Both the position numbers and the translations under genes were made by a program. This document shows positions 1 to 6,926 of a stretch of DNA of 17,782 nt, one piece after another. Every line of letters begins with the position of its first letter. The first letter of the stretch is position 1. The notes below the pieces were generated by a model. That model was given only the letters and a program-made list of their open reading frames with translations. It ran no database searches and had not been told where the DNA came from. The DNA comes from an uncultured Clostridia bacterium (GTDB taxonomy: Bacteria > Bacillota > Clostridia > Christensenellales > Aristaeellaceae), in contig CALCTW010000066.1 in NCBI GenBank assembly GCA_937907055.1, forward strand, positions 1 through 17,782, written 5' to 3'.

Positions 1-941
1 TTGATCTTCTCCGCGCCCAGTTCGCCCTGCAGACCGGTCTTGTCCTTGCCGGTCACGGGGATGCCCATCGCGCGGATATCGCGTTCCAGAACAGGCTCCA
101 GCTCCTCGATCACGACTGCCTTGTCCACACTGTTTACAAAGTCGCGGATCTGCTGCTCGTTGAGCGGATAGGTCATGCCCAGCTTCAGCACGCTGGCTTC
201 GGGCAGGGCTTCGCGTACATACTGATAGACAACGCCGCCGCAGATGACGCCCAGTTTGGTATCGCGCATCTCAACGGTATTGACCGTCATGCTGCCGGCT
301 GCCGCGCTCAGATCCTTCTCTCGCTGTTCAACGAAGATATGACGCTTCTTGGCCATACCGGGCATCATCACATATTTCATGAAGTTCTTTTTATATTCGG
401 GCACTTCATGTTCCACACGCTCTCCCAGCTCGACCGGGGTGCGGCTGTGCGCCAGACGGGTGGTCAGGCGCATGAAAACAGGCGTATCATACTGCTCGCT
501 CAGGTCATAAGCCAGCTTCATATAATCCTTGCATTCCTGACTGGTGGCCGGTTCCAGCATGGGCATGTGCGCGGCGCGCGCGTACATACGGCTGTCCTGT
601 TCATTCTGAGAGGAGAACATGGAGGGATCATCCGCGCAGAGGATGACCAGACCGCCGTTCACGCCGGTATAAGCCGCGGTGAAGATCGGATCCGCCGCCA
701 CATTGACGCCCACGTGCTTCATGCAGGACAGCGCGCGCGCGCCGCCCATGGCCGCGCCGAAGGAGACCTCGACCGCCGTTTTTTCATTGGGAGACCACTC
801 GCAGTTGATATCTTCCTTGTAGGTCGCGCAGAATTCCGTTACTTCCGTGGAAGGCGTACCGGGATAACTGGCTACTACTTTTACGCCGGCTTCCCACGCG
901 CCGCGCGCGATCGCTTCATTACCGAGCATCAGTTTTTTCAT
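1..941 (-). CDS. iorA: Indolepyruvate:ferredoxin oxidoreductase subunit alpha, N-terminal 313 codons (3' end lies left of the window)
   Basis: Minus-strand ATG at 941-939. My translation is MKKLMLGNEAIARGAWEAGVKVVASYPGTPSTEVTEFCATYKEDINCEWSPNEKTAVEVSFGAAMGGARALSCMKHVGVNVAADP... and the frame stays open to position 1. The N-terminus is typical of IorA/2-oxoacid:ferredoxin oxidoreductase alpha subunits. It is absent from the ORF track only because no stop falls inside the window. The + strand ORF 339..1046 is its antisense shadow. Confidence 0.85.
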   Translation of the reverse strand, partial: MKKLMLGNEAIARGAWEAGVKVVASYPGTPSTEVTEFCATYKEDINCEWSPNEKTAVEVSFGAAMGGARALSCMKHVGVNVAADPIFTAAYTGVNGGLVILCADDPSMFSSQNEQDSRMYARAAHMPMLEPATSQECKDYMKLAYDLSEQYDTPVFMRLTTRLAHSRTPVELGERVEHEVPEYKKNFMKYVMMPGMAKKRHIFVEQREKDLSAAAGSMTVNTVEMRDTKLGVICGGVVYQYVREALPEASVLKLGMTYPLNEQQIRDFVNSVDKAVVIEELEPVLERDIRAMGIPVTGKDKTGLQGELGAEKI

Positions 942-1049
942 ACGCTATTATCACTCTTTCCCGGCATGACACGGGCTGCCATGCGCTGCATTACATTCAA
1001 AAAAACACGACCCTCGCCCGTCGGGCAAGCAGCACATGCTATTTGATAT

Positions 1050-1078
1050 AGTTTATCAAACAACGCCTGCTTTGTAAA
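1050..1078 (-). promoter_or_regulatory. Candidate sigma-A promoter for iorA (-35 TTTACA, 17-nt spacer, -10 TAAACT)
   Basis: On the minus strand, TTTACA is the complement of 1073-1078 and TAAACT the complement of 1050-1055, with a 17-nt spacer. It sits about 100 nt upstream of the iorA ATG. The -10 lies inside a 7-N5-7 inverted repeat (1042-1060). Confidence 0.3.
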
Positions 1079-1133
1079 CCTGTAAAGCGGAAAACAGGTA
1101 AAAAAAGCAGTTCCGGACGGTCTGCAGGACCAA

Positions 1134-1160
1134 TAAAAAAACGCCGCCATACAGCAGCGT
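1134..1160 (-). terminator. Rho-independent terminator after ybaK
   Basis: Minus strand reads ACGCTGC-tgtatg-GCGGCGT (7 bp including one G-U pair) followed by TTTTTTTA. It starts about 10 nt after the ybaK stop. Confidence 0.55.
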
Positions 1161-1170
1161 ACAGGCAGGA

Positions 1171-1644
1171 TCAGACGACCAGATCCGCGTAGGCGGATCC
1201 CACCATGGTTTTCAGCGCGTCCGGCTTCAGTTCCACCTGAACACCGATCTTCCCCGCGGAAACGCACATCGTATCCAGTTGAGCCGCCGATTGATGGACG
1301 ATTGTCCTGAAATGCTTTTTCATTCCCACAGGGGAGCAGCCTCCGTGCACATAGCCGGTCAGCGGCAGCAGCTCCTTCTGCGGAAGCATGGAGATGCTCT
1401 TCTCCCCCACAGCCTTCGCGGCCTTCTTCAGATCCAGTTCCTCCGCAACAGGAATGACAAAAACATAATACTGGCGTGGACTGCCGCAGGTGACCAGTGT
1501 CTTGAAGGCCATTTTCGGATCCTCCCCCAGGCGCTCCGCGATCTGCACGCCGCTCAGCCCTTCCGCCTCCGGGCAGGTATGCACAGTGTAGGCGATCTTC
1601 TTCTGCTCCAGCAGACGCATCACGTTTGTCTTCTCTTCCTTCAT
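1171..1644 (-). CDS. ybaK: YbaK/EbsC-family Cys-tRNA(Pro)/Cys-tRNA(Cys) deacylase
   Basis: Track ORF 1171..1683, trimmed to the ATG at 1644 (MKEEKTNVMRLLEQKKIAYTVH...), which has AGGAAGGG 7-8 nt upstream. The track start at 1683 is a GTG with no RBS. The length of 157 aa and motifs such as KTLV, LLPLTGYVHGGCSPVG and SAGKIG fit the YbaK family. Confidence 0.85.
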   Translation of the reverse strand: MKEEKTNVMRLLEQKKIAYTVHTCPEAEGLSGVQIAERLGEDPKMAFKTLVTCGSPRQYYVFVIPVAEELDLKKAAKAVGEKSISMLPQKELLPLTGYVHGGCSPVGMKKHFRTIVHQSAAQLDTMCVSAGKIGVQVELKPDALKTMVGSAYADLVV

Positions 1645-1772
1645 TCCGGAGCCCTTCCTCTTGACAGAATAACAGGTTAACACGTTCCTGTTTATTATTA
1701 TAAAGCAGTTTTCATCCGCGCGCCGTATCTTTTCTGTTCCGGTTCCGCGCGATCAAAGGCAACCATCCGCCC

Positions 1773-1806
1773 CAAACAAAAACCCTTCCCATACGCGGGA
1801 AGGGCT
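1773..1806 (-). terminator. Rho-independent terminator after the 75-aa orphan gene
   Basis: Minus strand reads AAAGCCCTTCCC-gcgtat-GGGAAGGGTTTTTGTTTG: an 8-bp GC-rich core stem plus a U-tract, 20 nt after the stop at 1826. Confidence 0.75.
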
Positions 1807-1825
1807 TTGATCGAGGGCCTTATAC

Positions 1826-2053
1826 TCAGGCTTCCTGCCACTTCTTAGCAGAATCGGCAGACATACGCTTGATGGTCTCCTGCGGATAGGCAGACTCAGC
1901 ACCGCCGTTGCAGTAGAGGAAAAGCTTGCCGCCTTCAGTCTTGAACAGGCACTCCTCATAGCCGGCAGCGTCGCCATACTCACCAAAGCACTTCTTGGCG
2001 ATCAGCTCGGAAGCTTCGGTATCGTATTCAACTTTGCAGATGATCTTCTTCAT
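1826..2053 (-). CDS. Small acidic hypothetical protein (75 aa), monocistronic
   Basis: Track ORF 1826..2203, trimmed to the ATG at 2053 (MKKIICKVEYDTEASELIAKKCFGEYGDAAGYEECLFKTEGGKLFLYCNGGAESAYPQETIKRMSADSAKKWQEA). GGAGG lies 9 nt upstream. The gene has its own promoter-like element and terminator. I can name no recognisable family. Confidence 0.7.
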   Translation of the reverse strand: MKKIICKVEYDTEASELIAKKCFGEYGDAAGYEECLFKTEGGKLFLYCNGGAESAYPQETIKRMSADSAKKWQEA

Positions 2054-2108
2054 AGATGTATCCTCCAAATAAATGAAGTATGTGATTGGTGCCCGAAAGC
2101 ACGCAAGA

Positions 2109-2137
2109 ATCATAGCAAAAACAGGCAAAAAACGCAA
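2109..2137 (-). promoter_or_regulatory. Candidate sigma-A promoter for the 75-aa gene (-35 TTGCGT, 17 nt, -10 TATGAT)
   Basis: On the minus strand, TTGCGT is the complement of 2132-2137 and TATGAT the complement of 2109-2114, with an exact 17-nt spacer, about 55 nt upstream of the ATG. Confidence 0.45.
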
Positions 2138-2188
2138 GTTCTGTTGTGAATTCCTGCATTTTGCACAAACACAGATTGGACTATTCGG

Positions 2189-2222
2189 AAAAAAACAGAC
2201 CATCTGACAACAAATATGACCT
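2189..2222 (-). terminator. Probable terminator of the lipase-GNAT-kinase operon
   Basis: Minus strand reads AGGTCAT-(12-nt loop)-ATGGTCT (7 bp, two of them G-U) followed by GTTTTTTT. It lies about 18 nt after the kinase stop. The stem is weak but the U7 tract is strong. Confidence 0.4.
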
Positions 2223-2239
2223 TTTTTATTTCTGAAATG

Positions 2240-3169
2240 TCACTCTTCAGGCGGCGTGAGGCCAAACTCCTCCGGGCGGAAACGCGGGCAGACATTCTCC
2301 ATGCTGGTAATCACGCTCGCGGCCAGACGGGTGCCGATCGCGCAGGAGTCCGCAAGGGATTTGCCGTATGTCAGCCCCATCGCGGTACCGGCAAAGAAGG
2401 CGTCTCCCGCGCCGGTGGTATCCTTGACAGCCACCTTCATGGAAGGACAGATGCCGCTGTTCCCTTCCATATCCGCCCACACGCTTCCGGCGCCGCCCAT
2501 CGTGACCACCATGCGCGGGATGCGCGCGGCGATCACCTTTTCGGACAGGATCGCGGTCATTTCTTCTATGGATCTGCCATCATATTCCTCGCTGAAGAGA
2601 ATGCCGGCTTCCTGCAGATTGCATACGAAGCAATCCGTTTCCATCAGCCAGTCGCGGCGTTTGGCGGCGATGCTCATATTGGAAACGGCGGCATAGACCT
2701 TCTTGTGGTATTTCTCCGCCAGGTTGAACACACGGCGAACCACCTCACGCTCCATGTCGATCTCGATCAGGATGGAATCCGCCTGCGAGAAGATCTCATC
2801 GCCGGATTCATCCAGGATATCGGCAATGGGGCAAAGATCAGGGCGTTTGGAGATCGAGGCGACAACATCGCCCGTATTATCGAAAATGGCAAGCCAGGTG
2901 CCCATTCCGTCCTTGATCCGGCGCATATAGCGGGTATCGACCTTATGGCGCTTCAGTTTTTCGATCACAGCCTCGCCGATGGAATCGTCATCCACAAGAG
3001 AAACGAACATGGGGCGCATTTCCACATTGGCGATATCCTATACGATATTGCGGCTGACACCGCCGTGCACATGCTCCACCTCGCCGGTGTTGCGTCCGCC
3101 GGGAATATACTGCTGTGTGGGATGTCCCTTGATATCCACGAAAACAGCGCCAAATACTACGATACTCAT
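2240..3169 (-). pseudogene. PfkB/ribokinase-family carbohydrate or nucleoside kinase interrupted by one in-frame TAG (codon 44, 3040-3038)
   Basis: ATG at 3169-3167 with GGAG 8 nt upstream. Translation is MSIVVFGAVFVDIKGHPTQQYIPGGRNTGEVEHVHGGVSRNIV-TAG-DIANVEMRPMFVSLVDDD..., which continues in the same frame into track ORF 2240..3025. The C-terminal part carries the DTTGAGDAF motif. Total length is 309 codons, normal for the family. There is no frameshift; this is the only disruption. Confidence 0.75.
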
Positions 3170-3200
3170 CTTTCTGCTCCTGTCTCAACGGTTTATCCTT

Positions 3201-3668
3201 TTACAGGATCGCTTCCATGGTGGTCTTGAGCGGACGGAGGCCCATCCGGTCATAGAAGGCGCGCGCACTCTGATTCAGTTCCCATACATTCAGTTCCACG
3301 CTGTCACAGCCGCTCTCACGGGCGACCTGCAGCACATAATGATAGAGCTGCTCGCCCACATGCTGACGGCGCGCCTTCTCATCCACGCAAAGATCATCGA
3401 TATACAGGCTGGTACGATCCGGCCTGTTATTCTCATTGCGGATCCGATGATACTGGCAGAAGGCGTAGCCGCGCACCTGATCATCATCACCGGTATTGAT
3501 GAAAATGGGATTGTCATCATCATGGACCATCCCGGTCAGTTCCTCATCGGTATACTTGGTCGCGCCGTCGATAAACAGATCGGGCCGACCGTTCGCGTGT
3601 ACGGAGCACACCTGACGGAGCAGTTCCTTCAGCATGGGGATATCTTTTTCACAGGCTCTGCGGATCAT
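3201..3668 (-). CDS. GNAT-family N-acetyltransferase
   Basis: Track ORF of 155 aa. The acetyl-CoA-binding region RRQHVGEQL...ARAFYDRMGL is typical of GNAT proteins. GGAGGAG lies 7 nt upstream of the ATG, and the gene starts 19 nt after the upstream lipase gene. Confidence 0.9.
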   Translation of the reverse strand: MIRRACEKDIPMLKELLRQVCSVHANGRPDLFIDGATKYTDEELTGMVHDDDNPIFINTGDDDQVRGYAFCQYHRIRNENNRPDRTSLYIDDLCVDEKARRQHVGEQLYHYVLQVARESGCDSVELNVWELNQSARAFYDRMGLRPLKTTMEAIL

Positions 3669-3687
3669 TTTTCTCTCCTCCGTATCA

Positions 3688-4779
3688 TCACTGATCCAAC
3701 AACTGGATCAGCGCTTTGTAGGTATCCGGCATATGGCGCATCAGCACCGCGACACCCTTTTCTCCGCTGAGAGAGGTGCCCATCAGCACCAGAACCGCGT
3801 ACACATCGCTCTCCGGGCTGATCATCGCCATCTGCTCCTTGGAAAGGAATCCGCCGTTCATCTGCATGGTGGAAAGCGAGGAGACCAGCGCGCTCATCAG
3901 CTCAAAAGCCGTGATGCCAATGGGGCCCTCCCCGGCCTGCGTGAAGGAATGGCGCACCGTGTAATAATCATGGATGCTGCCGGCGAAATTCGCGAGGACA
4001 GCCATACCGGCATCCACAGCGGCCAGCGTTTCCGGATCCGCGCTCAATACGATATCCGTGCCCGCGTGTCCGTAACCCCATTCGACCAGCGGCAGACGGG
4101 TCACGATATCGGCAGGATTCAGATAATTGAAGATATTGGTGTACTGCTTTTTCAGCGCCTCCCCGCGCAGCGTGCCCGGCGTGGCATAGGTATAGCAGTA
4201 AATGCTCTCTTCGCCCCTGTCCTCATCCAGCAGCACGCCCAGCAGATTCGCCACGGCGGCGCCGCGGCTGTGACCGGTCACCACGATGACCGGATCCTTC
4301 ACAGCATCGATGAGAGGCTTGAGGGTGAAATAGGCTTCCATGGCCGCGCGGGCAAAGTTTTCGGCGTACTGGGTATCGTTCGACTGAGAGGGCGCGAAAT
4401 CAAAATTGCTCTGCCATTCATAGCCATAGGTGCCGCGGATGGTGATCATAAGCATCGTCCGCTCCGCGCCCTTGAAAGTGATCTTTTTGGAGCCCAGCGT
4501 ATAGGCGACGGTATGGGAAGGATCGGTAAACTCTTTTTCATAGTTATACTGTCCAAGGATGGCAAAACCCTCCGCCGTCAGCGTATCCGATGCCATGTCC
4601 TTCGTATAGAGCGAGGCGTAATCCAGCAGCTTCAGCGCCAGTTTGTTGCTTATCTCACTGCTCTTTTCCGGCAGCAGCGAAGACCAGTCCGCGGTGTTTT
4701 CTTCCGCGAAAACGAAACCCGGGATCAAAAGCACAAAAACCAATAACAAAGAAACAAAACTTTTCATTTTTGCGTTCAT
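3688..4779 (-). CDS. Secreted alpha/beta hydrolase, class-3 lipase-like (GHSRG nucleophile elbow)
   Basis: Track ORF 3688..4962, trimmed to the ATG at 4779 (MNAKMKSFVSLLLVFVLLIPGFVFAEENT...), giving a clear signal peptide. AGGAGG lies 11 nt upstream. VIVVTGHSRGAAVANLLG matches the GxSxG motif in a Lipase_3-like context. Confidence 0.8.
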   Translation of the reverse strand: MNAKMKSFVSLLLVFVLLIPGFVFAEENTADWSSLLPEKSSEISNKLALKLLDYASLYTKDMASDTLTAEGFAILGQYNYEKEFTDPSHTVAYTLGSKKITFKGAERTMLMITIRGTYGYEWQSNFDFAPSQSNDTQYAENFARAAMEAYFTLKPLIDAVKDPVIVVTGHSRGAAVANLLGVLLDEDRGEESIYCYTYATPGTLRGEALKKQYTNIFNYLNPADIVTRLPLVEWGYGHAGTDIVLSADPETLAAVDAGMAVLANFAGSIHDYYTVRHSFTQAGEGPIGITAFELMSALVSSLSTMQMNGGFLSKEQMAMISPESDVYAVLVLMGTSLSGEKGVAVLMRHMPDTYKALIQLLDQ

Positions 4780-4884
4780 CAGCCTATAAACCTCCTGATA
4801 TTGATCAGACAGCACCGGTTCTGTATCGGCGCGGCAAGGGATCGTCCGCGCACTGACTCGACCGCGCGATGCTGCACTGTTTTC

Positions 4885-4913
4885 ATTATATCGCAAAAGC
4901 AACCCCGCGACAA
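4885..4913 (-). promoter_or_regulatory. Candidate promoter of the lipase operon (-35 TTGTCG, 17 nt, -10 TATAAT)
   Basis: On the minus strand, TTGTCG is the complement of 4908-4913 and TATAAT the complement of 4885-4890. This predicts a 5' UTR of about 100 nt. Confidence 0.4.
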
Positions 4914-4960
4914 GGTTATCCGCGACGGCACTTTCTTTTTGTTTTCCTGTTTCAGGGTGC

Positions 4961-4990
4961 AAAAAAGCCCCGGAAAACCTGATCCGGGGC
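4961..4990 (-). terminator. Rho-independent terminator of the ABC importer operon
   Basis: Minus strand reads GCCCCGGA-tcaggttt-TCCGGGGC followed by TTTTTTG, about 36 nt after the ATPase stop. Confidence 0.7.
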
Positions 4991-5025
4991 CTAAATCCAT
5001 ATTCTGATGATGACCGCGCGCCGGA

Positions 5026-5820
5026 TCAACCCAGCAGCATCCGGTCGTTATCGATGGTGGTGCCGGAAGAATCACGGAAGAGCCTCAGCAGGTCATCCAC
5101 CTTCAGGCCCTGCTTCGCTTCCGCGTCGATATCCACCACGATCTTGCCGTCATTCATCATGATCGTTCTGTTGCCGTGGCTCAGCGCGTCCTTCATGTTA
5201 TGCGTGATCATGATGGTGGTCAGCTGGTTTTCCGTGACCAGTTTATCGGTCAGCGCCAGCACCTTGGCCGCGGTCTTGGGATCCAGCGCGGCGGTATGTT
5301 CATCCAGCAGCAGCAGCTTCGGACGAACAAGCGTGGCCATCAGCAGCGTGACCGCCTGACGCTGACCGCCGGAGAGCAGACCCACCTGTGTGGTCATACG
5401 ATCCTCCAAACCCAGATCCAGCATGGCCAGCTGATCCCGGAATTGCTTCAGCTCGCGGTGATGATAGCCCGGCCCCAGCATACGATGACGGCCTCGGCGG
5501 GCTGCAAGCGCCATATTCTCAACAATGGTCATATTCGGCGCCGTGCCGATACGGGGATCCTGGAACACACGGCCCAGCAATTTCGCGCGCTTATGCTCGC
5601 TCATGCCGGACACCTCCACGCCGTCGATCTGGATCCGACCGCTGTCGATCGGCCATACACCGGCCACTGCGTTCAGCATGGTGGATTTACCCGCGCCGTT
5701 ACCGCCGATGACCGTGACGAAATCACCGTCTTCCAGATGGAGGTCGATCCCCTGCAGGGCACGCTTTTCATTGACCGTGCCCGCGTTAAAGGTCTTTGTG
5801 ACCTGTATCAGATCAAGCAT
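5026..5820 (-). CDS. ABC transporter ATP-binding protein (COG1101-type)
   Basis: Track ORF 5026..5862, trimmed to the ATG at 5820 (MLDLIQVTKTFNAG...). It has Walker A GGNGAGKST, signature LSGGQRQ and Walker B LLLLDE. The start overlaps the permease stop (ATGCTTGA), which suggests translational coupling. Confidence 0.9.
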   Translation of the reverse strand: MLDLIQVTKTFNAGTVNEKRALQGIDLHLEDGDFVTVIGGNGAGKSTMLNAVAGVWPIDSGRIQIDGVEVSGMSEHKRAKLLGRVFQDPRIGTAPNMTIVENMALAARRGRHRMLGPGYHHRELKQFRDQLAMLDLGLEDRMTTQVGLLSGGQRQAVTLLMATLVRPKLLLLDEHTAALDPKTAAKVLALTDKLVTENQLTTIMITHNMKDALSHGNRTIMMNDGKIVVDIDAEAKQGLKVDDLLRLFRDSSGTTIDNDRMLLG

Positions 5821-6820
5821 TTTTGCGAGCCTCCTTCCGGTTGCGGCGGCGTACCTGGGCAAACGAACTCTTCCGCTGACCTCTCAGATAGGGAACCGCG
5901 AGGAAGATGGCCACCACGAGCGCCGTGAGCAGCTTCATATAATCGGTCGGGAGCTTGAGCCATACGACGAACACATACACCAGATAATAGATGACGCTGC
6001 CCAGTACAACGAAGACGAGCCGCAGAAGCATGGTGAGATGCTTGCGGAAAATGGATTCCGCCAGCACTTCGCCGATGATGACGGCCGCGAGACCGATGAC
6101 GATCGCGCCGCGTCCCTGGTTGATATCGGCGCTGCCCTGATACTGGGTGAGGATACCGCCGCACAGACCCACCAGACCATTGCTCAGAGAAAGGCCGACG
6201 ACCTTCATGAGATTGGTGTTGATACCCTGCGCGCGCGCCATTTCGGGATTGATACCGGTGGCGCGCATGGCAGAACCGTTCGCCGTATTGAGATACCAGT
6301 ACAGGATCAGTACGATGATCACGCAGACGGCAGCGGTCAACAGGATGGTACGGGTGAGATAGACCTCGTTCAGCGTGAAATAAAACTGATATTTACGGGT
6401 ATTGGCGGTGATGGTGGGCTTGCCCATGATCGCCGCGAGGTTGATGGAATACAGAGAGATCTGCGTGAGAATACCCGCAAGGATCGCAGGAATGCCCAGT
6501 TTGGTATGCAAAAGACCGGTCACAAGACCGGCAATGAGACCGGCCAGCAAAGAAATGAGCAGCGCCAGTTCATAATTCCAACCATTCGTGACCAGAACGA
6601 TGCATACAGCACCGCCGGTGGCCAGCGTGCCGTCCACCGTCAGATCGGGCACATCCAGCATGCGGAAGGTGATATACACACCCAGCGCCATGATCGCCCA
6701 GATAAAGCCCTGCGCGATACCGCCCGGCAGCTGATTGAGCAGCGTGGCGGGGTTCAGGCTCGCGAAGTAGCCGGGAATGGATTCAAAGAATTGAAGAACG
6801 GGCAGAAAGAAAGACAGCAT
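5813..6820 (-). CDS. ABC transporter permease (COG4120-type)
   Basis: Track ORF of 335 aa, multi-pass hydrophobic, with GGAGGA 7 nt upstream. It lies between the cognate binding-protein and ATPase genes. Confidence 0.9.
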   Translation of the reverse strand: MLSFFLPVLQFFESIPGYFASLNPATLLNQLPGGIAQGFIWAIMALGVYITFRMLDVPDLTVDGTLATGGAVCIVLVTNGWNYELALLISLLAGLIAGLVTGLLHTKLGIPAILAGILTQISLYSINLAAIMGKPTITANTRKYQFYFTLNEVYLTRTILLTAAVCVIIVLILYWYLNTANGSAMRATGINPEMARAQGINTNLMKVVGLSLSNGLVGLCGGILTQYQGSADINQGRGAIVIGLAAVIIGEVLAESIFRKHLTMLLRLVFVVLGSVIYYLVYVFVVWLKLPTDYMKLLTALVVAIFLAVPYLRGQRKSSFAQVRRRNRKEARKNA

Positions 6821-6869
6821 TCGAGGATCCTCCGGATGATGATCGAGGTGATCGTAATGAACAGAAAAT

Positions 6870-6899
6870 CTCCCGGCCTGCTGAAAAGCAGGCCGGGAG
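6870..6899 (-). promoter_or_regulatory. Perfect 12-bp intercistronic stem-loop between the binding-protein and permease genes
   Basis: CTCCCGGCCTGC (6870-6881), a 6-nt loop, then GCAGGCCGGGAG (6888-6899). On the mRNA strand it is followed by ATTTTCTGTT. It lies 28 nt after the binding-protein stop. Confidence 0.6.
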
Positions 6900-6926
6900 G
6901 CAGTTCGCCCCTGTTAAGCCCTGTGA

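Noticed and set aside
3688-4962. Long N-terminal extensions offered by the track for several genes (lipase to 4962, importer ATPase to 5862, ybaK to 1683, pfkA from 12960, SDR from 13894, orphan to 2203)
   Set aside because: The extensions run through upstream terminators, promoters or neighbouring genes and have no RBS. Some begin at GTG. The internal ATGs I chose have AGGAGG-type SDs at 7-11 nt and give canonical N-termini (signal peptide, P-loop or Rossmann motif).
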